Part shown: positions 1-7,807 of the stretch, piece after piece | Position numbering within the stretch: position 1 is the first letter of the stretch | How the letters are laid out: each line of letters begins with the position of its first letter | Assembly (NCBI GenBank): GCA_046758965.1 | Contig: JBHIBG010000035.1 | Coordinates: forward strand, 1 to 26,931 | Direction: 5' to 3' | DNA length: 26,931 nucleotides | DNA from: Candidatus Methylomirabilia bacterium | Lineage (GTDB): Bacteria; Methylomirabilota; Methylomirabilia; Rokubacteriales; CSP1-6 | The notes under the pieces: generated by a model | The model's database searches: none | Told to the model about the DNA's origin: nothing | Seen by the model: the letters and a program-made list of their open reading frames with translations, nothing else | Translations under genes and position numbers: made by a program

Positions 1-185
1 TGGACATGGCCCTCTGCCATCGGCAAAACGGTCAATCATAGCCGTGATTCAGGTGGAATTAGTAACGGGCGCAACAACTGTTGAAGATCTAAGGCGCAGG
101 CGGCGGTGCATCAGCTGTCTTTACACCTTTGGCAAAGTTGCCGGCGCTCTATAAGCGCGTGGGGTAAGCGTCTTTAATGATGTCT

Positions 186-629
186 TTAATGACGCGCCGT
201 TGGGTAGTCTACTATTGAACGGACGCGGGAACCTTTTCTCCGGCAGGCCGTGTAGAAGGCGCGGTCTCCGGTCCATACTTCGCTGTCTAGCTTCTCGGCA
301 AGGGCCAGATACGCTCCGTCATAGGCTGACACTTTCCATTCCAGGGAAAGAGAGAAAATCCGCGAGGCGTCCACGGGAACTAAGCGTATGCCCGTGGCGA
401 GCAGGGTCGCCAGCCCTTCTTCAGCCTGATGCCGCGACAGCCGTCCTTGGCGGGTTGCGGTAACCATCGCATTGGTGAGCTCGAAGATCAGAAGGGAGGG
501 GGCAGCGAGACTGACCCGACCATGAAGGAGGAAATCGTCTCGTAATGCAACGGCGTGGGCCACTGCCTGTTCGTCCTCGAGTTGCCATTTAAGAACCACC
601 GAAGCATCTACGACAAGCGGGCCGGGCAT
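186..629 (-). CDS. vapC: PIN-domain ribonuclease, VapC-type toxin
   Basis: The protein shows the PIN acidic tetrad pattern: LVVDASVVLKW, APSLLIFELTNA, SAYDGAYLALA, VWTGD. The ATG at 629 overlaps the upstream stop (TAATG), so it is preferred over the ORF-track start at 668. Confidence 0.9.
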   Translation of the reverse strand: MPGPLVVDASVVLKWQLEDEQAVAHAVALRDDFLLHGRVSLAAPSLLIFELTNAMVTATRQGRLSRHQAEEGLATLLATGIRLVPVDASRIFSLSLEWKVSAYDGAYLALAEKLDSEVWTGDRAFYTACRRKGSRVRSIVDYPTARH

Positions 630-1189
630 TACCTCCGCCTTCCTTCCGCGATCAGCTTCGTGACGCACACGCCAATTGGTCCAATCTTTCGCCGGAGCCG
701 ATCCATCCGGTCGACCAAGCCCTTGTTTGCCTCTCGCCTTTCGACTGTCATCGGAGCGCTTTCGAATCTTTTGAGCAGATCCTCCAAAAAGATCCTGATA
801 GTTACTATGCGGCTCCCGGCACGGTGGGGGTATAGATCGGACGGGTATTGCTTTCCCTGCTCATATACCATGAGCGCCGGGACCCCTTTCCCAAACAAAT
901 ACGCAGAGTGCCTCTTGCTCCCGAACACCTGTCTGACGTGATACTTCTTGTTTGCGGTCGGTAGCGTGGCGTGGGCATAAAGATTTGACAATTCCTCCTC
1001 CGACCTCGTAGTGGTGTCGATGATCTCCCAGGATAATCCCAGGTCCTCCAATCGTTGGAGGATTGCCTTGATCTCGGAGAGATCAAACCCTTCATTGGCC
1101 GGTAAGGTCAGGGGCAGCGTTTGCGAATGATGGATCAGCTTCAATATCATCTCTATCATCTCTTCCAGCTCTTCCACTACCCCTACCAC
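629..1189 (-). CDS. Hypothetical protein, putative antitoxin (possible glutaredoxin/thioredoxin-like N-domain plus VapB-like C-terminal tail)
   Basis: 186-aa ORF with globular composition, TAATG-coupled to the PIN gene. The C-terminus (LVDRMDRLRRKIGPIGVCVTKLIAEGRRR) resembles VapB tails. The start is uncertain (GTG 1189 after a G-rich SD, or ATG 1159/1150). Confidence 0.7.
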   Translation of the reverse strand: MVGVVEELEEMIEMILKLIHHSQTLPLTLPANEGFDLSEIKAILQRLEDLGLSWEIIDTTTRSEEELSNLYAHATLPTANKKYHVRQVFGSKRHSAYLFGKGVPALMVYEQGKQYPSDLYPHRAGSRIVTIRIFLEDLLKRFESAPMTVERREANKGLVDRMDRLRRKIGPIGVCVTKLIAEGRRR

Positions 1190-1328
1190 ATCCCCCCCTC
1201 CGGTGTCCAGCGTTTTTGTTGAGCGTCCGCCCTTCCCCGGTCTATCGCCCTCCCGGAGCAGGCCGCCCCACGAAGCGAGAGCGCCGCCTCCTCGAGCGGC
1301 TGAGTTGATGGAGGCCGGACAAGGCGCC

Positions 1329-1358
1329 TTGACAACTTCGCCAGGCGCCTGCTAGCGT
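1329..1358 (+). promoter_or_regulatory. Sigma70 promoter of the corrinoid operon
   Basis: Perfect -35 TTGACA (1329-1334), 18-bp spacer, extended -10 TGcTAGCGT (1350-1358). This places the transcription start just 5' of riboswitch P1 at 1372. Confidence 0.7.
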
Positions 1359-1371
1359 GTGCGTACCTTAG

Positions 1372-1578
1372 GTGTCCGGGGAGCCCGTGAATGGAGGGCT
1401 CCAGGGAAGGCGGTGTAAGTCCGCCGCGACCCCGTCACTGTGATCGGGGACGAAACCCACGAGAGCCACTGGCTCGGGTCACACCGAGCTGGGAAGGTGT
1501 GGGGAGTAGGAAGATCCGAAAGCCAGGAGACCTGCCCGGGCACGAGATCCCAACGTCGGTCTTCGAGGGAGGGCCTGG
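1372..1578 (+). ncRNA. Cobalamin (AdoCbl-class) riboswitch 1 with SD-sequestering P13 hairpin
   Basis: Contains AGGGAAggcGGTGtaAgtCCgcc, CCCCGtcACTGTGA, GCCACTGG, GGGAAGG and the B12 box AAGCCAGGAGACCTGCC. P1 is GTGTCCGG/CCGGGCAC, P2 is GGAGCCC/GGGCTCC, and P13 is GGTCTT-CGAGGG-AGGGCC (1558-1575). Lies upstream of cob genes. Confidence 0.95.
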
Positions 1579-1653
1579 GTGAAGCTGCCTACCGCGTCGG
1601 GTTCCGAATACCCGGCATTTCTCGATCTGACCCTCCCGCGTTCGGTCCAGTGA
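1579..1653 (+). CDS. Putative 24-aa leader ORF ([24 protein letters not shown]) coupled to cobU; possibly a gene remnant
   Basis: GTG at 1579 follows the SD-like GAGGGAGG inside riboswitch P13. Its TGA (1651-1653) overlaps the cobU GTG (GTGA). It is below the length cut-off of the ORF track. Confidence 0.5.
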   Translation: MKLPTASGSEYPAFLDLTLPRSVQ

Positions 1654-2213
1654 GCGCGACGCCGTCCTCGCTGCTGATCCTGGGCGGCGCCAGGAGTGGG
1701 AAGAGCCGCTACGCCGCGATCTGTGCGGGCGCGCTTGGCGGCCGTGCGGCGTTCGTCGCCACGGCCCGGGCCCTGGACGCGGAGATGGCGCGCCGGATCC
1801 AGCGGCACCGGGCCGAGCGCCCGCCTGGCTGGCTTACTGTCGAAGAACCGCTTGAGCTCGTCGCGGCCCTCAGGCGGCTGGTCAGTCGAGTCGAGGTGGT
1901 CATCGTGGACTGCGTGACCCTCTGGGTGGCGAACCGCCTCGAGCAGGAGCCTTCCGACGAACCCATCCTCGCCGAGGGGTACGACCTCGCCAAGTTCCTC
2001 GCTGAACGTCCCTACCACCTGATCCTGGTCTCCAACGAAGTCGGGCTCGGGGTCCACCCCGAGACGGCAGCCGGGCTCCGCTTCAGGGATCTGCTCGGTG
2101 TAGTCAACCAGCAGATCGCCTGCGCGGCCGACCAGGTGGTCTTGATGGCGGCAGGGCTGCCAGTCAGGCTCAAAGATCTGCCTCCCCATGAGCACGCTCT
2201 CGAACCTTCTTAG
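1650..2213 (+). CDS. cobU: Bifunctional adenosylcobinamide kinase / adenosylcobinamide-phosphate guanylyltransferase
   Basis: Motifs [59 protein letters not shown]. The ORF-track start at 1440 lies inside the riboswitch, so GTG 1650 was chosen. Confidence 0.95.
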   Translation: MSATPSSLLILGGARSGKSRYAAICAGALGGRAAFVATARALDAEMARRIQRHRAERPPGWLTVEEPLELVAALRRLVSRVEVVIVDCVTLWVANRLEQEPSDEPILAEGYDLAKFLAERPYHLILVSNEVGLGVHPETAAGLRFRDLLGVVNQQIACAADQVVLMAAGLPVRLKDLPPHEHALEPS

Positions 2214-3246
2214 CCAGATCACCGCGCCGGATGCAGCTCCGGGCGCGAGGGCCCGAGCTCATCTGGATCAGCTCACGAAACCTCGGGGCAGCCTGGGGCG
2301 CCTCGAAGAGCTGGCCTCCCGGATCGTCGAGATCACGGGCCGGGATCGACCGCGCATCGGGCGTGGCGTCATCTTCACTCTGGCCGCGGACCACGGGGTG
2401 GTGGCCGAAGGAGTGAGCGCCTACCCCCAGATCGTGACCGGCCAGATGGTTGAGAACTTTCTCCGCGGGGGAGCCGCGATCAACGTGCTGGCTCGATGCG
2501 CAGGGGCCGACGTGGTCGTGGCCGATCTCGGCGTGGCGGCGCCACTACCCTCTCTCCCGCGCCTCGTTGTCAGGAGGATCGGCGCGGGGACCAAGAATAT
2601 GGCGCGCGAGGCTGCGATGACCCGTGAGGAAGCTCTCGCCGCCATCGAGGCGGGGATCGGGTTGGTTCACGCTGAGCACTGCCAGGGGTTCGACCTCCTC
2701 GGCACCGGAGAGATGGGGATCGGGAATAGTACGGCGGCGAGCGCCATCACAGCTGTCCTCACCGGCGAGCCTGTGGAGGCCGTGACGGGACGGGGCACGG
2801 GCATCGATGAGGCAACCTGGGAGCGGAAGGTGTCGGTCATCTGTCGCGCCCTCGAAGTCAACCGCCCCGATCCCCGGGATGGGCTCGACGTCCTGGCCAA
2901 GGTCGGCGGCTTCGAGATCGGCGGGCTGGTGGGGGTCATCCTGGCTGGGGCAGGGCACCGGATCCCCGTGGTACTCGACGGGTTCATCGCCGGGGCTGCA
3001 GCGCTGATCGCCCATGCCCTCAAGCCGGAGATCCGCGCGTATCTCTTCGCCTCCCACTGCTCGGCAGAGCCCGGACACAGAGCGATCCTCTCCCGGCTCG
3101 GCCTTAACCCGTACCTCGATCTCGGGCTCAGGCTGGGAGAAGGCACGGGGGCGGCGCTGGCCTTCTCCCTGATGCAGGCGGCCACTGCCATCTACAACGA
3201 GATGGCGACATTCAAGTCTGGCGGGGTCTCAGATCACCAGGCATGA
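2188..3246 (+). CDS. cobT: Nicotinate-nucleotide--dimethylbenzimidazole phosphoribosyltransferase
   Basis: Motifs [52 protein letters not shown]. Confidence 0.97.
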   Translation: MSTLSNLLSQITAPDAAPGARARAHLDQLTKPRGSLGRLEELASRIVEITGRDRPRIGRGVIFTLAADHGVVAEGVSAYPQIVTGQMVENFLRGGAAINVLARCAGADVVVADLGVAAPLPSLPRLVVRRIGAGTKNMAREAAMTREEALAAIEAGIGLVHAEHCQGFDLLGTGEMGIGNSTAASAITAVLTGEPVEAVTGRGTGIDEATWERKVSVICRALEVNRPDPRDGLDVLAKVGGFEIGGLVGVILAGAGHRIPVVLDGFIAGAAALIAHALKPEIRAYLFASHCSAEPGHRAILSRLGLNPYLDLGLRLGEGTGAALAFSLMQAATAIYNEMATFKSGGVSDHQA

Positions 3247-4607
3247 TTCCAACTGTCGTCATCGCTGGGGTGTCAAGCGGGGTGGGGAAGAGCACGGTCA
3301 CCCTCGGACTGCTCGAGACGCTCCGGCGCCGCGGTCTCACGGTCCAGCCGTTCAAGGTGGGGCCGGACTTCATTGACCCGGGCTTCCACCGCCTTGCGAG
3401 CGGGCGCCCTTCCAGGAACTTGGATGCGTGGATGCTCCCTCGTTCCTATTGCCTCGCGAGCGTTGCCCGCCATGCCGGGGACGCCGACCTCGCGGTGGTT
3501 GAGGGGGTGATGGGGCTCTTCGATGGGGTCGAGGGGAAGAGCGATGAGGGGTCCACCGCTCAGATGGCCAAGTGGCTCGATGCACCGGTGATCCTCGTGG
3601 TGGACGCGGCGAAGATGGCGCGCAGCGGCGCGGCCGTCGTGCTCGGGTTCGAGCGTTTCGACCCTGACCTCCGCCTCGCCGGGGTCATCTTTAACCGGGT
3701 CGCGGGGGAGGGGCACTACCGCTTCCTGGTGGAGGCGCTGGCGGGGATCACCGACGTCCAACCGCTCGGCTATCTCCCCGGCCGGGACGATCTGGCACTT
3801 CCGGAGCGCCACCTGGGGCTTGTGACTGCCCGGGAGCGGTCCTTCTCCGAGAGGTTCTTCGAGAGATTGGCGCTTGCGTTCGAAGCGACGGTGGAAGTGG
3901 ACCGCCTTGTGAGCCTCGCCGGGAGTCAGGTGCTGCCGGAGCGCGGCGCGCCCTTTTCGCGCCCGCCGGTTCGGGTGCGGATCGGAGTGGCGATGGACGA
4001 CGCCTTTCAGTTCTACTATCCGGACAACCTTGAAAAGTTAGAGGCGGCGGGAGCGGAGCTCGCGTTCTGGAGCCCTCTCAGAGACTGGACGCTTCCCGAG
4101 GTGGACGGGCTCTATCTGGGGGGCGGCTACCCGGAGCTTCACGCGGCCGAGCTCGCCGCCAATGACAGCATGCGCCGGGCCGTCCGCGAGTTCGCCGCGA
4201 CCGGCCGCCCTGTGTACGCCGAGTGCGGGGGGCTCATCTACCTGTCAGAGGCTCTGGAGAGTCTGGACGGCCGCCTCTACCCCATGGTGGGGCTTATCCC
4301 GACAACGGTCCGGATGACCCAGAGCCATCTCACGCTCAGATACGTGGAGGTGGAGCTCGGCTCGGAGACCCTGCTCGGGCCGCCGGGGACTGTCGTCCGA
4401 GGCCACGAGTTTCACTACTCGCGGCTGGATGAGCCGCCAGCCAGCCTCCGCCGAGCTTACCGCCTGCACACGCCCCGGGGCGGTGGGCGGCAGGCTGAGG
4501 GATATGCTGTCGGCAGCATCCTCGCGAGCTACGTTCACCTCCACTTCGGTTCGAACCCGAACGTGGCTCAGGCCTTCATCCACCGTGCGCTCGGAAGCCA
4601 GGCATGA
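3243..4607 (+). CDS. cbiA: Cobyrinate a,c-diamide synthase (CbiA/CobB)
   Basis: Motifs SGVGKST, FKVGPDFIDP, VEGVMGLFDG, LPERHLGLV, and GATase motifs GGGYPE, AECGG, GHEFHYS, SYVHLH. Confidence 0.96.
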   Translation: MIPTVVIAGVSSGVGKSTVTLGLLETLRRRGLTVQPFKVGPDFIDPGFHRLASGRPSRNLDAWMLPRSYCLASVARHAGDADLAVVEGVMGLFDGVEGKSDEGSTAQMAKWLDAPVILVVDAAKMARSGAAVVLGFERFDPDLRLAGVIFNRVAGEGHYRFLVEALAGITDVQPLGYLPGRDDLALPERHLGLVTARERSFSERFFERLALAFEATVEVDRLVSLAGSQVLPERGAPFSRPPVRVRIGVAMDDAFQFYYPDNLEKLEAAGAELAFWSPLRDWTLPEVDGLYLGGGYPELHAAELAANDSMRRAVREFAATGRPVYAECGGLIYLSEALESLDGRLYPMVGLIPTTVRMTQSHLTLRYVEVELGSETLLGPPGTVVRGHEFHYSRLDEPPASLRRAYRLHTPRGGGRQAEGYAVGSILASYVHLHFGSNPNVAQAFIHRALGSQA

Positions 4608-5638
4608 AACATTCCTCTGGGTTCAGTCGTAGCCCACGCGGGTCCTGGCGCGGCGGGCAGCGCCCGCCGTCCTCGCACCCCGCCCAGTGTGGGGACCCTG
4701 CTGCGGGCGGCGGGGGCGCCCCGCCCGCCGCGCCACCCGCTTGGCTGGTCCCGCGCCGAGCCTCCGTTATTTTCGGATTGGCGCTGGTCCTGCTCGTCTC
4801 GGCCGCGCCGGCTCAGGCGGGGGTTGTCACAGACATGACGGGCCGCGAGATCCGGGTCGATAGCCTCCCCAGGAAGATCATCTCACTCGCGCCGAGCTTG
4901 ACGGAAGTCGTCTATGCCCTGCGGGCTCAGGAGCTGTTGGCCGGCGTCACGACGCTCTGTGACTACCCCCCTGAGGCGGTGACGAAACCGAAGGTAGGCG
5001 GGATCGTCAACCCGAGCCTGGAGGCCATCGTGAGCCTTAAGCCCGATCTTGTGCTCGCGACCACCGAGGGGAACCGGGCGCGCACGGTCAAGCAGCTCTC
5101 CGGCCTCGGGATCCCGACTTACGTGGTGAGCCCCAAGAACTTTTCCGGAGTGCTGGAAAGTATCGCGCGCATCGGCGGGCTGATCGGGCGAGCGGAAGCC
5201 GCCCGTCGCCTCGTGGGGGAACTGAAGGAGCGCGCGGAGCGGGTGATGGAGGCGCTCCGAGGCCGGCCGAAGCCCAGGGTGCTGTACCTCGTTTGGGCGG
5301 AGCCGGTCATCGCACCCGGGCGTAACACGTTGGTTACTGACCTGATCCGCATGGCAGGAGGGGCCAGCCTGTCCGGGGAGGCGCCGATCGAGTGGCCTCG
5401 CCTGAGTCTGGAGGAGGTGGTGGCCGCCGCTCCCGATCTGATCCTTGTGGCGACCCATAGTGCCGCTCAGGGAGACGACGCGCTCAGGCGATGGCGCGAG
5501 CAGGGGATTCTTCTGCCGGCCTTCGAGTCCGGAAGGGTTCACGCCATCGATGGCGACCTCGTCCACCGCCCGGGACCGCGAATAGTTGATGGCCTCGAGG
5601 TCCTGGCCCGGGCGATTCATCCGGGGGCGTTGCCGTGA
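4604..5638 (+). CDS. btuF: Cobalamin ABC transporter periplasmic binding protein
   Basis: Motifs RKIISLAPSLTE, CDYPPE, PSLEAIVSLKPDLVL, HRPGPRIVDGLE. Signal peptide ends AQA. ATGA overlap with cbiA. The N-region is lengthened by a palindromic insert. Confidence 0.9.
   Translation: MKHSSGFSRSPRGSWRGGQRPPSSHPAQCGDPAAGGGGAPPAAPPAWLVPRRASVIFGLALVLLVSAAPAQAGVVTDMTGREIRVDSLPRKIISLAPSLTEVVYALRAQELLAGVTTLCDYPPEAVTKPKVGGIVNPSLEAIVSLKPDLVLATTEGNRARTVKQLSGLGIPTYVVSPKNFSGVLESIARIGGLIGRAEAARRLVGELKERAERVMEALRGRPKPRVLYLVWAEPVIAPGRNTLVTDLIRMAGGASLSGEAPIEWPRLSLEEVVAAAPDLILVATHSAAQGDDALRRWREQGILLPAFESGRVHAIDGDLVHRPGPRIVDGLEVLARAIHPGALP
4631..4746. repeat. Long GC-rich imperfect palindrome (REP/MITE-like element) in frame within the btuF 5' end
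   Basis: 13-bp perfect inverted repeat TGGCGCGGCGGGC (4646-4658)/GCCCGCCGCGCCA (4723-4735). It is extended outward by GCGGG/CCCGC and AGCC/GGCT and has nested internal pairings. Confidence 0.65.
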
Positions 5639-6654
5639 TCACCCGAGCGCACGTCCTCGGAGTGGTGGCAGGGCTTTCCCTCTTTGTCCTCCTCGTCATG
5701 GGTGCCGCTCTGGCGTTAGGCCCTGCCCCCCTGAGCCCCGGCGAGATCGCGACGGTGATCCTGGGTCGAGCCGATCCGTCAGACAGCCTCGCCTCCACGG
5801 TGGTGCTGAAGCTTCGGCTTCCGAGGATTCTCCTGGCCGCAATGACCGGGGCCGGACTCGCCGTGGCGGGGGCGTCCTTCCAGGCCCTGACGCGCAACCC
5901 GCTGGCTGACCCCTCGCTCCTGGGCGTCTCGAGCGGGGCTGCCTTCGGCGTGGTGCTGGCCCAGGTCCTCGAGCTCGGGCCGACGCCGCTCGGCTTCGTC
6001 GGCCTCGCAGGCTTCGCCTTCCTGGGAGCTGTGCTTGCCGCCTGCGCGGTGTACTTCATCGCGCGCATCGGAGCGGTCATGCCCGTCCAGACCCTTCTCT
6101 TGGCCGGCGTGATCGTCGCGCTCTTCTTCTCCTCGGCAATTACCTTGATGATCTCCCTGGTGGATTTCGTACGGTTGGGCACTATCCTTCACTGGCTCCT
6201 CGGGAACCTGGGACCGGTGAGCTACAGCTCCCTGGAGGTGTTGGCGCTCGCGCTCGCTGTGGGAATCGGGATAGTCCTGACCCGGGCGCGGGCCCTGAAC
6301 GTTCTGGCTGCGGGGGAAGAGTCCGCGCTCCAGCTCGGGGTGGAGTCGGAGCGCGTCAAGCGCGTCATCTTCCTGGCCGCTTCCTTCATCACGGCGATGG
6401 TCGTGAGCGTGTCCGGGCCGATCGGCTTTGTCGGGCTCATCATTCCTCATACAGTTCGCATGCTCTTCGGAGCGGATAACCGCCTGCTGATCCCCGCCTC
6501 AGTGCTGGTGGGGGCAGCCTTCCTGGTGCTTGCGGATGCGCTGTCACGCACCGTGATCCAGCCGTCTGAGCTCCCGGTTGGGGTCATCACGGCGTTCTGC
6601 GGCGCTCCCTTCTTCATCTATCTCTTGCGGACGCGACCCGGGAGGATGCTGTGA
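5635..6654 (+). CDS. btuC: FecCD/BtuC-family ABC permease
   Basis: Motifs LRLPRILLA, QALTRNPLADPSLLGVSSGA, GEESALQLGV, SGPIGFVGLIIPH, ELPVGVITAFCGAPFF. Multiple hydrophobic segments. Confidence 0.93.
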   Translation: MITRAHVLGVVAGLSLFVLLVMGAALALGPAPLSPGEIATVILGRADPSDSLASTVVLKLRLPRILLAAMTGAGLAVAGASFQALTRNPLADPSLLGVSSGAAFGVVLAQVLELGPTPLGFVGLAGFAFLGAVLAACAVYFIARIGAVMPVQTLLLAGVIVALFFSSAITLMISLVDFVRLGTILHWLLGNLGPVSYSSLEVLALALAVGIGIVLTRARALNVLAAGEESALQLGVESERVKRVIFLAASFITAMVVSVSGPIGFVGLIIPHTVRMLFGADNRLLIPASVLVGAAFLVLADALSRTVIQPSELPVGVITAFCGAPFFIYLLRTRPGRML

Positions 6655-7514
6655 GGGCGCTGGTGGAGGTGGATCAGGTCCGGTTTGCCTACGAGGCTAC
6701 GCCGGTCATAGACGGCGTGAGCTTCAGTGTGGTGGAGGGCGAGGTGCTCGGGGTGATCGGTCCCAACAGCGCCGGGAAGACGACGCTGCTGCGCCTGCTC
6801 AGTAAGGTGCGCATCCCGCAGTCCGGATCGATCCGGTTGGCGGGACGGGACCTTACCCACCTCCGGCGCCTCGAGGTCGCCAGAACCGTTGCGGTGGTCC
6901 CTCAGGATGTGGCGCTGGCCTTCCCGTTTACCGTCCGGGAGTTCGTTCTCATGGGCCGCTACCCCCACACCCGGGCACGCTTCTTCGAAGGGCCGGAGGA
7001 TCTCGCCGCGACTGAGGCAGCCCTTCGCACCGTGGGCGTGGGCGATCTCGCGGACAAGCTCGTGCCCGCCTTGTCAGGCGGCGAGCGGCAGCGGGTGCTC
7101 CTGGCCCGCGCTCTCGCCCAGCGGCCAAGACTGCTTCTGATGGATGAGCCGAATGCCCACCTGGATCTCCACCACCAGGTGGCGCTGGCCCACCTGATCC
7201 GGCAACTCAACCGGGCGGAAGGCACCACGGTTGTTGTCGTCTCCCACGACCTGAACCTGGCGGGGGAGTTATCGGACCGGCTGCTGCTCCTGGCGCGTGG
7301 ATGCGTAGCCCGTCTGGGCGAACCGGGGAAAGTGCTCGAGAGCGCCCTGATCGAGGCTGTGTACGGCTGTCCGGTCTCGATCGAGCCCAGTCCCGAGACC
7401 GCCCGTCCCAGGGTCCATCTGCGCTGGGTGGAGGAGAGAGCGGAGGGCTCACTCTACGAACGGACGGGTGAGGAGGCTCTTCGGCATCGTGGCCACGGCG
7501 TCGCCAACGAGTGA
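6651..7514 (+). CDS. btuD: Cobalamin/iron-chelate ABC transporter ATP-binding subunit
   Basis: Walker A GPNSAGKT, signature LSGGERQR, Walker B LLMDEP, H-loop SHDLN. Confidence 0.92.
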   Translation: MRALVEVDQVRFAYEATPVIDGVSFSVVEGEVLGVIGPNSAGKTTLLRLLSKVRIPQSGSIRLAGRDLTHLRRLEVARTVAVVPQDVALAFPFTVREFVLMGRYPHTRARFFEGPEDLAATEAALRTVGVGDLADKLVPALSGGERQRVLLARALAQRPRLLLMDEPNAHLDLHHQVALAHLIRQLNRAEGTTVVVVSHDLNLAGELSDRLLLLARGCVARLGEPGKVLESALIEAVYGCPVSIEPSPETARPRVHLRWVEERAEGSLYERTGEEALRHRGHGVANE

Positions 7515-7573
7515 CGGGCGTGAGAGCCGGCAAGGAGATCGCGTGCTGACGACATAGAGACGTTCCGAGCACC

Positions 7574-7806
7574 GATACGCTCTGGATCAAGGGAAGCCGG
7601 TGAGGCGCTCGCGCGCCTGAGTCCGGCACGGTTCCCGCCACTGTGAGTGGGGAGCGGCGCCCTGATCCGCGCACGGAAGCCACTGGGAGCACTCTCCGAG
7701 GGAAGGCTCGGGAAGCTCCTGGGAAGGCTGGGCGACCGCGAAGATCCACGAGTCAGGAAACCTATCCGGGGCGTGTCCCTCAACCCTTCGCGGAAAAGGA
7801 GGAGGG
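7574..7806 (+). ncRNA. Cobalamin riboswitch 2 (internal, upstream of btuB)
   Basis: Contains AAGGGAAGCCGGTG...GAGTCCGGC, TTCCCGCCACTGTGA, AAGCCACTGG, GGGAAGG and GAGTCAGGAAACCT. The 14-bp P1 is GATACGCTCTGGAT/ATCCGGGGCGTGTC. P13 (CCCTC..CCTT-CGCGGAA-AAGG..GAGGG) covers the btuB SD. Confidence 0.93.
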
Positions 7807-7807
7807 C

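Noticed and set aside
1..60. Possible minus-strand gene start (ATG at 20 or 7) running off the left edge
   Set aside because: Too little sequence to support a call.
1440..1649. 70-aa N-terminal extension of cobU in the ORF track
   Set aside because: It runs through the riboswitch aptamer. CobU homology begins only at about 1650.
7468..7557. Small ORF VRRLFGIVATASPTSDGRESRQGDRVLTT overlapping the btuD 3' end
   Set aside because: No convincing SD, no homology cue, and it largely overlaps btuD. It cannot be distinguished from chance.
7643..7807. 55-aa N-terminal extension of btuB in the ORF track
   Set aside because: It overlaps riboswitch 2. The signal peptide and strong SD point to ATG 7808.
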